Assembly: GCA_046350795.1 (NCBI GenBank)
Contig: JAXLZT010000001.1
Location: 2,411-66,410 of the forward strand
DNA from: Minisyncoccota bacterium
GTDB lineage: Bacteria; Patescibacteriota; Minisyncoccia; Phycocordibacterales; CALRHW01
Length of the DNA stretch: 64,000 nucleotides
Direction: 5' to 3'
The position numbers and the translations under genes are program-made. This document shows positions 10,552 through 20,456 of the stretch, piece after piece (within the stretch, counting starts at the first letter, position 1; each line of letters begins with the position of its first letter). The notes below the pieces were generated by a model, which saw only the letters and a program-made list of their open reading frames with translations, was not told the origin of the DNA and did no database searches.

Positions 10552-11217
10552 TTATTCTGATTTTGTAGCTTCTGCACTAGAACCCTCTGCACCCTCCTCT
10601 TCTTTCTTACCCTTCTTTTCTACTTCAATAGCAGATAGATCTATAGGAGCAGATACCTCTTCTACGATTTCTTTTGCTTCAGCAACGAGAGCTACTACTT
10701 CGTCTGCACCCTCTACTAGAGTTACGCCAGATGGAAGCACTATATCTTTTGCAAGTATTTGACTATCAAAATTTGTTAGTGTTGAAATGTCTACTTTTAT
10801 TTCATGAGGAAGATCTTTTGGCATAGCTTCAATCTTGAGCTCACGCAACACCTTAACAAGTGTACCGCCCAAGTCTTTTACACCAGGAGCCACACCAACG
10901 AATTCAAGTGGAATATGCACTTCGATTTTGTGACCTTTTTCGAAAACATAAAAATCAGCATGACGAGGAGTATCTGTCACTGGATCTAGGTCTACTTCGT
11001 GGATAAGAGCCTCTAAATCCTCACCATCCTCTCGTTTTAGAGCTACAACAGATGATTCTCCAGCCTTTTTCCAAACCTTCAAAAACTCAGCAAGAGATAC
11101 AGAAACAGGGGTAGATTTCTCCTTTTTTCCATAAAAAACAGCCGGCATTTGGCCTTTTGATTTGAGACTTTTTAGATTTTGCGGTATTTTCCGCGTTTCT
11201 ATTTTTAAACTAAGCAT
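10552..11217 (-). CDS. rplY: 50S ribosomal protein L25 (CTC type)
   Basis: PAVFYG, HADFY, GVAPGVKDLGG. Confidence 0.95.
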   Translation of the reverse strand: MLSLKIETRKIPQNLKSLKSKGQMPAVFYGKKEKSTPVSVSLAEFLKVWKKAGESSVVALKREDGEDLEALIHEVDLDPVTDTPRHADFYVFEKGHKIEVHIPLEFVGVAPGVKDLGGTLVKVLRELKIEAMPKDLPHEIKVDISTLTNFDSQILAKDIVLPSGVTLVEGADEVVALVAEAKEIVEEVSAPIDLSAIEVEKKGKKEEEGAEGSSAEATKSE

Positions 11218-11279
11218 TCAGACATTATATATATGTAGTGTAAAAAATCAATAGGTATGATGCCTTTAGGGATTTTTGG

Positions 11280-12968
11280 CTATTTATTGGCTAAATGTGC
11301 CATCATATAGTCTGTAGAGCCCCCCACTTTTTTACCTGGATTGAATATGTTCTGCGGGTCAAAAATGTCTTTTGTTTTTTGGAAAAGTGCGGTAATCTCC
11401 GGGCCAAACATTTTTTCTAGATATGGTGTGCGAATGATGCCGTCGTTGTGCTCACCAGTAAATGAACCTTCATATGATTTTACGAGATCAAAAATTTCTT
11501 CTGAAACTATAGGTATGAGATCATGATTTTCTTTTTTGGTCATGTCCATGAGTGGAATGATGTGGAAATTGCCATTGCCCGCATGACCAGCAATGGTGTA
11601 AATGAGTTTGTATCGGTCGAGTATTGCACGCATCTTTGGTAAAAATTCTGGTAAAAATTCTGGGCGCACTACAACGTCGTCTATAAAAGGAGCCGTGCGC
11701 ATACCGCGTACATGCTTGCGAAGTAGATTGAAACTCTCGCGACGTATAGTCCAATATTTTTCTGATTCACTCATGCTTTTTGTGGCGCGCATTTTAAATT
11801 TAAAATGAGCAATCTTTAGACGAAGCGCTTTCATTTTTTCATCAATTTTCTTTTCATCATTTCCGCTAAACTCTACGAGTAAAATGAGTTTTGGTATGCC
11901 ACCAGTAAGCATCATAAAAGCTTCAGGAATAAAGCTAAAAATGAGTTTGAAAAAGCTACCAGTCTTCATAGAGCGCAACATTTCTGGTAAAAATCTAATA
12001 GCAAGCTTCATCGTGCTATCGTCATAAGACTCGACTGTCTCTGGATTAAGCTCCAGCACTTCACGCACTAGATTGCCTAGATTTTTTAGATCACGCATAA
12101 AGACGACAAAAAGTTTTGAATATTTTTCCACAGGCACAAGTCCGAGCTTTGCCTCTGTCACTATACCGAGTGTGCCCTGAGAACCAACGATGAGTTTGGT
12201 CAGATCAAAAATCCCCGCCTTTTCATCCCACACATTCCATAAATAATATCCTGCAGAATTTTTTGAAACTTTTGGTTTGGCGGAAGAGATTTTTTCGCGA
12301 TTTTCTGTGATAAGAGAGAAGATATTTTTGTAAATATTTCCTTCGTAGTCACCCTGCGCCATCTTTTTATCTAGCTCGGATTGTGTCAGTGGCTTTACTG
12401 TATACTCTTTTCCATCAGCAAAAATAACACGAAGCTCTTGTACAAAATCCTCCATTTTGCCGTATCGGAGAGTCTTTTCACCAGCAGCGTTGTTGGCAAT
12501 CATACCACCAAGGGCGCATAGATTTTTAGATGCCGTAAAACAAGGCAAAATAAGGCCTTTTTCAAGAGTTTTTGGTTCAAAGTCACGATAAAAAGTACCT
12601 GGTAAAATACGAGCACTACCACCCCGAACATGATTACCAAAAACACCATCTTTAGCGCCAGATTCCACATCTATCGAAAGCACTCCCTGCATATTTTTTG
12701 AAACGTCAGCAATAATTGACTCGTTTAGTGATCCGCCGGACATACAGCTACCAGCGGCGCGCATTGTTATTGACAATGTCGGATCTTGTGCACGATTTTC
12801 ATTTACAAATTTTACCAAGGCCTGTAGATCTGCAGAATCTTTTGGAAAAACTACCAAGCGCGGTGTCACCTCAAGCAAGCTAGCGTCACGACTGTGTATA
12901 TCGAGCGTCTTTGCATCATCTACACATTCGCCTTTTATTGCTTTCTTCAGTTCTTCTTTTAGATTCAT
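11280..12968 (-). CDS. FAD-linked oxidase (GlcD / D-lactate dehydrogenase family)
   Basis: GGMIANNAAG, GSQGTLG, GHAGNGNFH, GEHNDG, FDPQNIFNPGK. Confidence 0.88.
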   Translation of the reverse strand: MNLKEELKKAIKGECVDDAKTLDIHSRDASLLEVTPRLVVFPKDSADLQALVKFVNENRAQDPTLSITMRAAGSCMSGGSLNESIIADVSKNMQGVLSIDVESGAKDGVFGNHVRGGSARILPGTFYRDFEPKTLEKGLILPCFTASKNLCALGGMIANNAAGEKTLRYGKMEDFVQELRVIFADGKEYTVKPLTQSELDKKMAQGDYEGNIYKNIFSLITENREKISSAKPKVSKNSAGYYLWNVWDEKAGIFDLTKLIVGSQGTLGIVTEAKLGLVPVEKYSKLFVVFMRDLKNLGNLVREVLELNPETVESYDDSTMKLAIRFLPEMLRSMKTGSFFKLIFSFIPEAFMMLTGGIPKLILLVEFSGNDEKKIDEKMKALRLKIAHFKFKMRATKSMSESEKYWTIRRESFNLLRKHVRGMRTAPFIDDVVVRPEFLPEFLPKMRAILDRYKLIYTIAGHAGNGNFHIIPLMDMTKKENHDLIPIVSEEIFDLVKSYEGSFTGEHNDGIIRTPYLEKMFGPEITALFQKTKDIFDPQNIFNPGKKVGGSTDYMMAHLANK

Positions 12969-12984
12969 ACTTTGGTTGTGCCCT

Positions 12985-13854
12985 TTAATTAAGCTTATTA
13001 AAAGTCTTGAGTTTTGACTCCACTACTTTTTCTACGGCCACTACAGCACTTTTCAAAATCTTGTAAGGAGCTACTTCGTCAGGATTTTCTTGTAGGAAAA
13101 GTTTAAGCGCATCACGATATGCAACGCGGATTTCTGTGTTTATATGTACGATACCTACTCCAGCAGAGATACCAGCTTGAAAATCTTCGGCAGAATTACC
13201 AGAGCCACCATGCAAAACAAGTGGAATTTTTATTGCTTCTGAAATTTCTTTTATGCGCTCTATATTTAATTTAGGATCTACACCACCACGAAGCATGCCG
13301 TGAAAATTACCGACAGCAGGAGCAAGCATGTCTACACCAGTTTGCGCGACAAAATCTTTTGCTTGCTGTGCACTCGTCAAAGTATCCGTACCGAGATCTA
13401 CACCTTCTGGGATAGCATCCAAAACTTTTGATGACTGACCGATATATCCAAGCTCGCCTTCCACAAGCACATCCCGTCCGCAAGCACGTGCATACTCGAC
13501 ACATTGTTTTGCCATAGCCACATTTTCTTCAAATGGAAGCTTAGCGCCATCAACAATGACAGAATCAAAACCAGCGTCTATCGCCTCTTTCACTTTTTCT
13601 ACTGAGTAGGTGTGATCTGCGTTTAGAAAAATCGGGTAATCGTACTCTTCGCGAATACTTTTTACTAGAGCAGCGACCTGACGAACACCCACAAACTCTC
13701 TTTCACCCTCTGATACGCCGATAATCACGGGCACATTTAGCTTTTTTGCTGCATTAAAGATTCCCCACAGCGCCTCAAGATTTGAAATATTAAAATGACC
13801 AACTGCCACACCTTTTTGCATCGCTTCCGCGACTGTTTCTCGTAATGTTTTCAT
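12985..13854 (-). CDS. fba: class II fructose-bisphosphate aldolase
   Basis: NADH (for LDH), VEGELG, GNFHG, LVLHGGSG, INTE. Confidence 0.92.
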   Translation of the reverse strand: MKTLRETVAEAMQKGVAVGHFNISNLEALWGIFNAAKKLNVPVIIGVSEGEREFVGVRQVAALVKSIREEYDYPIFLNADHTYSVEKVKEAIDAGFDSVIVDGAKLPFEENVAMAKQCVEYARACGRDVLVEGELGYIGQSSKVLDAIPEGVDLGTDTLTSAQQAKDFVAQTGVDMLAPAVGNFHGMLRGGVDPKLNIERIKEISEAIKIPLVLHGGSGNSAEDFQAGISAGVGIVHINTEIRVAYRDALKLFLQENPDEVAPYKILKSAVVAVEKVVESKLKTFNKLN

Positions 13855-13890
13855 GCAGTATATTTTAGCACATAAAAACAAGACCAATAA

Positions 13891-14160
13891 TTAGGCACTG
13901 TAAAGCCACAAAAAAGCCAAACCCATTAATAGAACAACGTTTATTACCAAGAAAATCGAATTCGCATAATCCAACATCCTATCTGTTTTTGAATGATTCC
14001 GAATGTTCATAATAATTAATAGAACGCTAAAAGCAAAAAGAAATTGCATGACAGCCAAAAAAGGCCCTGAAGCAATGGTTAGCATTTCATATGTATAAAT
14101 ACCCATACCGATCCAAAAAATTGCTAAAACAGTATTCGATATAATAAAAAATTTTGACAT
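13891..14160 (-). CDS. small hypothetical membrane protein (3 TM)
   Basis: Three hydrophobic segments, AT-rich ORF. Confidence 0.55.
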   Translation of the reverse strand: MSKFFIISNTVLAIFWIGMGIYTYEMLTIASGPFLAVMQFLFAFSVLLIIMNIRNHSKTDRMLDYANSIFLVINVVLLMGLAFLWLYSA

Positions 14161-14213
14161 ATTATCAATATTTATAAACACCTAATGAATAAAAATTATA
14201 GTATAATCATATC

Positions 14214-15215
14214 ATGTTCAAACAATTAGATTTTTTAGCAATTGGTGATATTACGACCGATGCTTTTATCAGAATCAAAGATGCCAGTGTCAACTGTGAC
14301 ATCAACAAAGAAAACTGCCAGATATGCATGGCTTTTGGTGAAAAAATTCCTTTTGAGTTTGCAGAAATAGTAAAGGCCGTGGGAAACAGCGCAAATGCCG
14401 CTGTGTCTGCGGCGCGACTCGGGCTAAATGCTGGGCTTGTAAGTGATGTTGGTAATGATCAAAATGGAAAAGAGTGTATTGCTGAGCTCAAAAGAAATAA
14501 AGTTTACACAAAATATATAAATATTCATAAAGGATTACCCACCAACTATCACTACGTTCTTTGGTACGAAGACGAGCGCACTATTTTAATCAAGCAAACA
14601 GAATATCCATATGAACTCAACTACATTGGTACACCAAAGTGGATTTACTTGAGTTCCATGGCATCCAACTCTTTGCCATATCATCTAGAGCTGGCTAATT
14701 ATTTAAAAAAATATCCGCAAATAAAGCTTGCTTTTCAACCTGGCACATTTCAGATGAAGCTCGGATATGAAAAGTTAAAAGGTTTGTATGAAAGATGTGA
14801 GGTTTTTTTCTGTAATGTGGGTGAAGCAAAAAGAATTCTCGGAATTTCAGAAAAAGATCATGTGGACACAAAAGATTTACTTGAACGAGTACATCGACTT
14901 GGACCAAAAACGGTGTGTATCACAGATGGTCCAAAGGGTGCGTATGCATATGACGGAAAAGAAGCTTGGTTTATGCCGCCATACCCTGATCCAAAGCCTC
15001 CGTACGAACGCACTGGCGCTGGTGACTCTTTTGCTTCTACTTTTACTGTGGCATTGTCGCTCGGAAAGAGTTTAGAAGAAGCACTCATGTGGGGACCGAT
15101 CAACTCAATGTCTGTAGTGCAATACGTTGGTGCGCAAAAAGGTTTGCTATCACGCAAAGCACTTGAAGAATTTTTGAAAAATGCTCCGGCGGACTATAAG
15201 CCGAGAAAAATATAA
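14214..15215 (+). CDS. PfkB-family carbohydrate kinase
   Basis: GNSANAAVSAARLG and RTGAGDSF signatures. Confidence 0.9.
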   Translation: MFKQLDFLAIGDITTDAFIRIKDASVNCDINKENCQICMAFGEKIPFEFAEIVKAVGNSANAAVSAARLGLNAGLVSDVGNDQNGKECIAELKRNKVYTKYINIHKGLPTNYHYVLWYEDERTILIKQTEYPYELNYIGTPKWIYLSSMASNSLPYHLELANYLKKYPQIKLAFQPGTFQMKLGYEKLKGLYERCEVFFCNVGEAKRILGISEKDHVDTKDLLERVHRLGPKTVCITDGPKGAYAYDGKEAWFMPPYPDPKPPYERTGAGDSFASTFTVALSLGKSLEEALMWGPINSMSVVQYVGAQKGLLSRKALEEFLKNAPADYKPRKI

Positions 15216-15244
15216 AAAGGAGACAATATAAAATAAAAACATTG

Positions 15245-15275
15245 TGGGCCCGGCGGATTGCATCCGCCGGGCCCA
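15245..15275. terminator. bidirectional GC-rich terminator
   Basis: TGGGCCCGGCGGAT-TGC-ATCCGCCGGGCCCA perfect 14-bp stem between convergent genes. Confidence 0.8.
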
Positions 15276-15318
15276 TTTGATTTCTTGTCTACCTACTTGT
15301 CCACGATCCACGAACTGT

Positions 15319-15795
15319 TCACACCCTTGCCATCGAATGCAGAGGAAAACCCTTGATGGCCATCAGTGCGCCATCAATGATCATCACCTGCTCATGAAAC
15401 GGACCGATGGGAGGAGCGACCCCGAGAAATTCCTCGAGGTAATCCTTCACCTGCTCATAGGTTGCCCCGGACAGGATCATCTGGCGAGAGCTTGTGAGCG
15501 TGTATCGGATTCCCTGACGGATGAGCTCGGGGGTGGTGGGGCTAACCTCACCACCATCCTTACCACTCACCTCCAGGCACGCGTCCCTCTTCTCCTCGAT
15601 CTTGATCTGCTCTTCCCAGCAGTTCCGGGCCCACTCCACAGACCTCAGAGCAAGACGCGCCCTGGTGACCCGGAGAATCCGTGAGGCCGTCTTGCGACGG
15701 AAACCCATGGACCTGAGCTCCTTGAACTGCTCTTCAGCAAAGATCTTGCGCCTCTTCATCTTGCTCTGCCCACGAGACCAACGATCCCTCTGCAT
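15319..15795 (-). CDS. GC-rich orphan protein (unit 2), Arg/Lys-rich N-terminus, 158 aa
   Basis: GC3-biased frame; own promoter TTGCTT-17-TATGGT near 15909-15937 (-); hairpin leader; start at MQRDRW inferred. Confidence 0.65.
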   Translation of the reverse strand: MQRDRWSRGQSKMKRRKIFAEEQFKELRSMGFRRKTASRILRVTRARLALRSVEWARNCWEEQIKIEEKRDACLEVSGKDGGEVSPTTPELIRQGIRYTLTSSRQMILSGATYEQVKDYLEEFLGVAPPIGPFHEQVMIIDGALMAIKGFPLHSMARV

Positions 15796-15953
15796 GATTG
15801 TTTCCAATCTGCCCAATTAAGGGTTTGGTCGAGCCCTACTGCTCGACAGGGTGAAATGTGTGAACCGGGTGGTAGGATACCCAGTAAGTGACGACGAACG
15901 CCTCAAAAACCATAACACACATATCAAAATAAAGCAAGCAGTGGCTCGCTTTC

Positions 15954-16943
15954 TTATTTTCTCTTCAAAACTCTTTCCACCGCACTAGCGATAGCCTTCT
16001 CCCCCATTCCATAATGCTCGATAAGCTCTGCTGGTGTACCCGACTGTCCAAATTTATCATCCACACCCACAAACTCTACTGGCACTGGATTATTTTTTAC
16101 CAAACATTCTGCAACAGCACTTCCCATTCCACCGTGTATCTGATGCTCCTCTACTGTGACTATTGCACCAGCTTCTTTTGCTAGCTCTATAATAGAACGC
16201 TCATCAAGTGGCTTTATGGTAGACAAATTTAAAACCTTAACGCCAACTTTTTTTGATTCAAAATCTCGCGCAACCATTATTGCTTTATGTACAAGTGCGC
16301 CTGTAGCTACAATACCCACCTGTGTCTTCACTTTCTCTGGCTTAAAAAATATTTCTGCCTTACCTATTTCAAAATCTGTAGCCTCTGTCGTGATGATAGG
16401 AGTCTTGTCACGGGCAAGTCGTATGTATGTCGGCTCTTTTGTCTTTGCTGCAGCAATAGTCGCCTTCTTTGCTTCGATAGAATCACATGGAGAAAGTACG
16501 ACCATGTTTGGCATGACACGCATAATAGCAATGTCTTCTATTGCCTGATGTGTGCCTCCGTCTGGACCGACAGATATGCCAGCATGAGAACCCGCTATTT
16601 TTACCGGTTGATCATTGTATGCAATAGTCGTGCGTATTTGCTCCCAATTTCTTCCTGGAGAAAACATCGCATAAGATGTGATAAAAGGAATTTTGCCCAT
16701 CGCAGCCATGCCACTAGCAACAGATGCTAAATTTTGCTCAGCCACACCAATTTCTATAAAACGTTTTGGAAATTTTTGTGCAAAAAGATGCATTTGTGTA
16801 GATTCGGTCAGATCGGCGCAAAGCCCCACCACACGCTCATCTGCAATACCAGCAGAAAGCAAACCTTCACCGAAACCTTTTCGTATCGGCACCTGCTCCA
16901 CATCTTTATCAAATATTTTTGGGTTTAAATTACTCATGTTCAC
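15954..16943 (-). CDS. transketolase, C-terminal (pyrimidine-binding) subunit
   Basis: GVAEQN, GPDGGTHQ, EEHQIHGGMG. Confidence 0.93.
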   Translation of the reverse strand: MNMSNLNPKIFDKDVEQVPIRKGFGEGLLSAGIADERVVGLCADLTESTQMHLFAQKFPKRFIEIGVAEQNLASVASGMAAMGKIPFITSYAMFSPGRNWEQIRTTIAYNDQPVKIAGSHAGISVGPDGGTHQAIEDIAIMRVMPNMVVLSPCDSIEAKKATIAAAKTKEPTYIRLARDKTPIITTEATDFEIGKAEIFFKPEKVKTQVGIVATGALVHKAIMVARDFESKKVGVKVLNLSTIKPLDERSIIELAKEAGAIVTVEEHQIHGGMGSAVAECLVKNNPVPVEFVGVDDKFGQSGTPAELIEHYGMGEKAIASAVERVLKRK

Positions 16944-17799
16944 TTTTTATCTTACCGCCAAGAGTGCGCAAAGCCGCCAGAGCCATTTCTGCTTCTTGCG
17001 CGTTTGGTGTCTTGCCGTGCCATTCAAATTTTCTTTCAAACTCAGGCACACCCTTTCCAGGAATAGTGTGGGCAATGATTAATGACGGCTTTTCAAAAAC
17101 AGCTTTTGCTTTGCCTACAGCATTTATAATGTCAGTAAAACTGTGTCCATTTATTTCTATAACATGCCAACCAAACGATCTCCATTTTTCAGCAAGTGGC
17201 TCTAGTGGCATGATATCTTCTGTAAATCCATCTATTTGAATATTATTTCGATCAATAAAACCTATTAGATTGTGCAATTTATTTTTTCCTGCAAGCATAG
17301 CTGCTTCCCATATTTGTCCTTCATTTAGCTCACCATCACTCATGAGACAATACACAAACTGCCCACTAGATACACCCTGATCGATTTTTAAAGCAAGTGC
17401 CATACCCACTGCCTGTGACAGACCAGAACCAAGAGGACCAGAACTAGTCTCAAGCATTTTTAAATACTCACGATGAGGATGACCCTGTAAACGTGAGCCA
17501 AATTTACGCAAAGTCATGAGTTCTTCTACCGGAAAATATCCAGCATGCGCCATGGTTGCATACATCACAGGACAAATATGCCCATTGGAGAGTACGAGTC
17601 TGTCTCGCTCGGCCCATTTTGTGTCATGCGGTTTGTGTCGGAGAATATGAAAATATAATGCGGTAAAAATATCCGCCATTCCCAGAGGTCCAGCAGTATG
17701 TCCAGAACCAGCTTCTAAAAGCATATGAATAATAGACTGGCGTATTTCATTTGCCTTTAGCTCTAGCCATTTTATTTTTTCGTCTGTGAGTTCTATCAT
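16930..17799 (-). CDS. transketolase, N-terminal subunit
   Basis: SGH, DRLVLSNGH, LQGHP, SDGELNEG, HTIPGKG. Confidence 0.93.
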   Translation of the reverse strand: MIELTDEKIKWLELKANEIRQSIIHMLLEAGSGHTAGPLGMADIFTALYFHILRHKPHDTKWAERDRLVLSNGHICPVMYATMAHAGYFPVEELMTLRKFGSRLQGHPHREYLKMLETSSGPLGSGLSQAVGMALALKIDQGVSSGQFVYCLMSDGELNEGQIWEAAMLAGKNKLHNLIGFIDRNNIQIDGFTEDIMPLEPLAEKWRSFGWHVIEINGHSFTDIINAVGKAKAVFEKPSLIIAHTIPGKGVPEFERKFEWHGKTPNAQEAEMALAALRTLGGKIKSEHE

Positions 17800-17807
17800 T
17801 TAAAAAT

Positions 17808-18512
17808 TTATGAAAACAAAGACTGAAATTCTGTCAAAGCACTCTCTACATTTTCCTGACCAAAGATTGCAGATCCTACCACCAACCTATTTACTCCCGC
17901 TTCAGCTAGTTTGGGCGCTACAGATAAACTTACGCCACCATCAATACTAATTATATGTTCAGGATATCTGTTGCGCAAATCTTCAATCTTTGCAAAAACT
18001 TCTTCATTAAAAGGATTGCCCTGCACACCTATTTCGGATATACCCATAAACTGCACAAAATCTATTTGCTCCATAAGTGGATAAAGCACTTCGTTTGGTG
18101 TGGCTATATTTATAGCGAGTCCTATCTGTGTATAAAGTGGCGAATCTTTTGCCACACTATTTTTGCGTAAAGTTTCTAAAAATATGCGTGGCTCACTGAT
18201 AGATTCAAAATGAAAAATAATTCTTTTTGCTCCAGCACTGACCCAGTCTCGCCAAATTTTCTCTGGCTCTTTGACCATAAGGTCCACTTCAAAATCCAAA
18301 TCGTTCCAAAATGGAAAACCTTCTTCTTCACGCAAGATTGATAGAAAGTTTTTGTCTTGTTCTGATGTTGCATAAGGCCAAGTCTTCTTTGTAGTCAATC
18401 TACCGTCCATAATATCTATTTGTACAAGCGATGTGAGCCCTACCACTGAATGCATTTTTTCTTCAAGGTCAGCAAAACTTGTTGGCATTATTGCAGGAAT
18501 AATTTCAACCAT
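17808..18512 (-). CDS. rpe: ribulose-phosphate 3-epimerase
   Basis: QIDIMDG, IDGGV, VVGSAIF; in pentose-phosphate operon. Confidence 0.88.
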   Translation of the reverse strand: MVEIIPAIMPTSFADLEEKMHSVVGLTSLVQIDIMDGRLTTKKTWPYATSEQDKNFLSILREEEGFPFWNDLDFEVDLMVKEPEKIWRDWVSAGAKRIIFHFESISEPRIFLETLRKNSVAKDSPLYTQIGLAINIATPNEVLYPLMEQIDFVQFMGISEIGVQGNPFNEEVFAKIEDLRNRYPEHIISIDGGVSLSVAPKLAEAGVNRLVVGSAIFGQENVESALTEFQSLFS

Positions 18513-18516
18513 ATAT

Positions 18517-18999
18517 TTAATTTATTTTAATTTCGTCTAGCTTTTTAAGTCTTCTCACGTGACGTTCATCATTTGAAAATTGAGTGGCAAGCCATACTTC
18601 TACAGCGTCTTTTGCATCTTTTTCAGATAGAAAGCGTGCGCCGAGTGAAAGAATGTTTGCGTCATTGTGCTCCCTTGATGTAATTATCTCTTCAGGAATG
18701 TGTCTGTTGTCGTTTGTTTTATATTGTCCGTTGAAAACTACAGCTCGCACATGCGGAAATCTGTTTGCTACCATGGCCTCACCCTGACCAGAACCACCTA
18801 AAATAATTCCCTTTTCTGTACCACCACTTTCTGATACAGCCTTTGCAAGCGGTGCAATAAAATCTGGATAATCATCATCAGCGTTAAATTCAAAAGCGCC
18901 AAAATCCTGGACCTCATAGCCCAAATCTCGCAAAAAAGGCATTAATTCATTTTTTAATTCAAAACCAGCGTGGTCTGATGCTATAAATATCTTTTTCAT
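18517..18999 (-). CDS. rpiB: ribose-5-phosphate isomerase B
   Basis: SDHAGF, DDYPD, GGSGQG, REHNDAN, RHVRRL. Confidence 0.93.
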   Translation of the reverse strand: MKKIFIASDHAGFELKNELMPFLRDLGYEVQDFGAFEFNADDDYPDFIAPLAKAVSESGGTEKGIILGGSGQGEAMVANRFPHVRAVVFNGQYKTNDNRHIPEEIITSREHNDANILSLGARFLSEKDAKDAVEVWLATQFSNDERHVRRLKKLDEIKIN

Positions 19000-19006
19000 G
19001 ATCTTA

Positions 19007-19035
19007 TTGTAACATTTTCAATATTATTATAGAAT
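19007..19035 (+). promoter_or_regulatory. sigma70-type promoter of unit 3, overlapping the divergent rpiB -10
   Basis: TTGTAA-17-TAGAAT. Confidence 0.6.
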
Positions 19036-19093
19036 CACCGTTGAAATGTTCTCGACGTAGAGAGCAATACGTAAGTTCACAAGGAGGAACGGT

Positions 19094-19681
19094 ATGGGTA
19101 CAACAACACCAGACAAAACCGGTCCTGTGGAGATGAAGACCGGACTCAGTCTGAGCAGGTGTATTCCCCAGATCGCATCTGGGATCGTCGCGGAGGAAAA
19201 TGTGGCGAGGATCATCACCGCTACCAAGTACAACAGCGAGGAGAAGTGGAAACTCGCTGAAGACAAGCTCGCGAATGGTGACTGGGCAGCACATCCCGAG
19301 GCGGTGAACATTCTCCGGAGACTTCGTGTCGCCGGCAAGATCGTTCAGCCCCTCCTCGACAAGGGTCAGAAACCTGTTCTGCCAACTGATGGCAGGATCT
19401 GGATCTCTGAAGACGAAGAAGAAGATCTGCAGTGGACAACAGCTATCCCGGTTTCCGAGAAGGCTTCTCCCAGCCCAGCTGTCACTACTGATCCGATTGA
19501 AGTCATGGACGATCCCGCCCCAACGACGGCAAAGGCTCGTGCCACCACACCATCGGCCACCCGTACGACCCCACCCGTACGCGACATGCCACCCGCCACA
19601 CCAAAGGTGACTGGATGGAGGAGTTTCTTCGCCATCCCCAACTGGATCCGTCTGAGGTCGAAGAGGTCGAAACACAAGTGA
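19094..19681 (+). CDS. GC-rich orphan protein (unit 3), 195 aa, Thr/Pro-rich linker and basic aromatic C-terminus
   Basis: AAGGAGG SD at 19081-19087; GC3-rich codons (ATC, AAG, GAG); own promoter and terminator. Confidence 0.8.
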   Translation: MGTTTPDKTGPVEMKTGLSLSRCIPQIASGIVAEENVARIITATKYNSEEKWKLAEDKLANGDWAAHPEAVNILRRLRVAGKIVQPLLDKGQKPVLPTDGRIWISEDEEEDLQWTTAIPVSEKASPSPAVTTDPIEVMDDPAPTTAKARATTPSATRTTPPVRDMPPATPKVTGWRSFFAIPNWIRLRSKRSKHK

Positions 19682-19716
19682 ATCACCTCGACATTCGACC
19701 AAAACCATCGCGAGAC

Positions 19717-19756
19717 AAGGACCCACCGTCCTGCTGTCGCGGTGGTTCTTTGTTTA
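19717..19756 (+). terminator. intrinsic terminator of unit 3
   Basis: AAGGACCCACCG...CGGTGGTTCTT followed by TGTTT. Confidence 0.6.
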
Positions 19757-19809
19757 TAAGATTAAAAAATAAATCAAGAAAACCAGACAGATTTTAAATC
19801 TTAAAAAAA

Positions 19810-20448
19810 TTAAAATCCTTTTATTTTTAATGTTGCGTCCATCTCCCTTAATTGCGCCTTCAATTTAACGTCTTTTATGTTTCCAGAATTAAGAAGTTTT
19901 CTTGCTTCCTCATACTTACCCAACTCCATATATATATAAATTAAACTGTATGTAATTCGCTCTCGATTAGTTTCATCTATCGTGACATCTTTCAAATTTT
20001 CATTTGCTCTTTCAGCAGCTCTTAGGAAATAAGTTTGCGCCTGAGATGAATCACCCTTTTCTCTCAATATCATTCCAAAGCACAGATAGGCGGTATACCT
20101 TTCATGATCAAGTAGCCAAACTTGATTACATCTCTTCATAGCGGTGTCAAAATCTTTTGGATCTTTTTCTATATAAGAAAGAGCCCCACCAAAGATTCCA
20201 TCAGTAGCATCTACTAGATTTTTTTGTGAAAGAGCCGAGCGCACAAAAGTTTCATCAATCTTTTTTATTTCTTCAGATCTATTTGCAATATATGACTTAT
20301 AATCTTCTGCGCCATACATTGGCTTAATATTTGTAAAATTTCCATTACTTTTTGAGAGGTTTTTTACAAAAAATAAAGCAACCATAATAATCGCGACTAA
20401 CGCAACGACGAAAAAAACCTTCGAAAAACCTCTCCGTGAATTTAACAT
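19810..20448 (-). CDS. TPR-like protein with N-terminal hydrophobic (prepilin-like) anchor
   Basis: RRGF followed by hydrophobic helix; TPR-like helices (AYLCFGMILREKGD..AQTYFLRA; IYMELGKYEEARKLL). Confidence 0.65.
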   Translation of the reverse strand: MLNSRRGFSKVFFVVALVAIIMVALFFVKNLSKSNGNFTNIKPMYGAEDYKSYIANRSEEIKKIDETFVRSALSQKNLVDATDGIFGGALSYIEKDPKDFDTAMKRCNQVWLLDHERYTAYLCFGMILREKGDSSQAQTYFLRAAERANENLKDVTIDETNRERITYSLIYIYMELGKYEEARKLLNSGNIKDVKLKAQLREMDATLKIKGF

Positions 20449-20456
20449 GATTTAAT

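Noticed and set aside
15244-19726. Multiple overlapping ORFs within units 2 and 3 (also units 4, 5, 7)
   Set aside because: These are expected stop-poor shadows of GC-rich DNA; only one frame per unit fits promoter, start context and GC3 bias.
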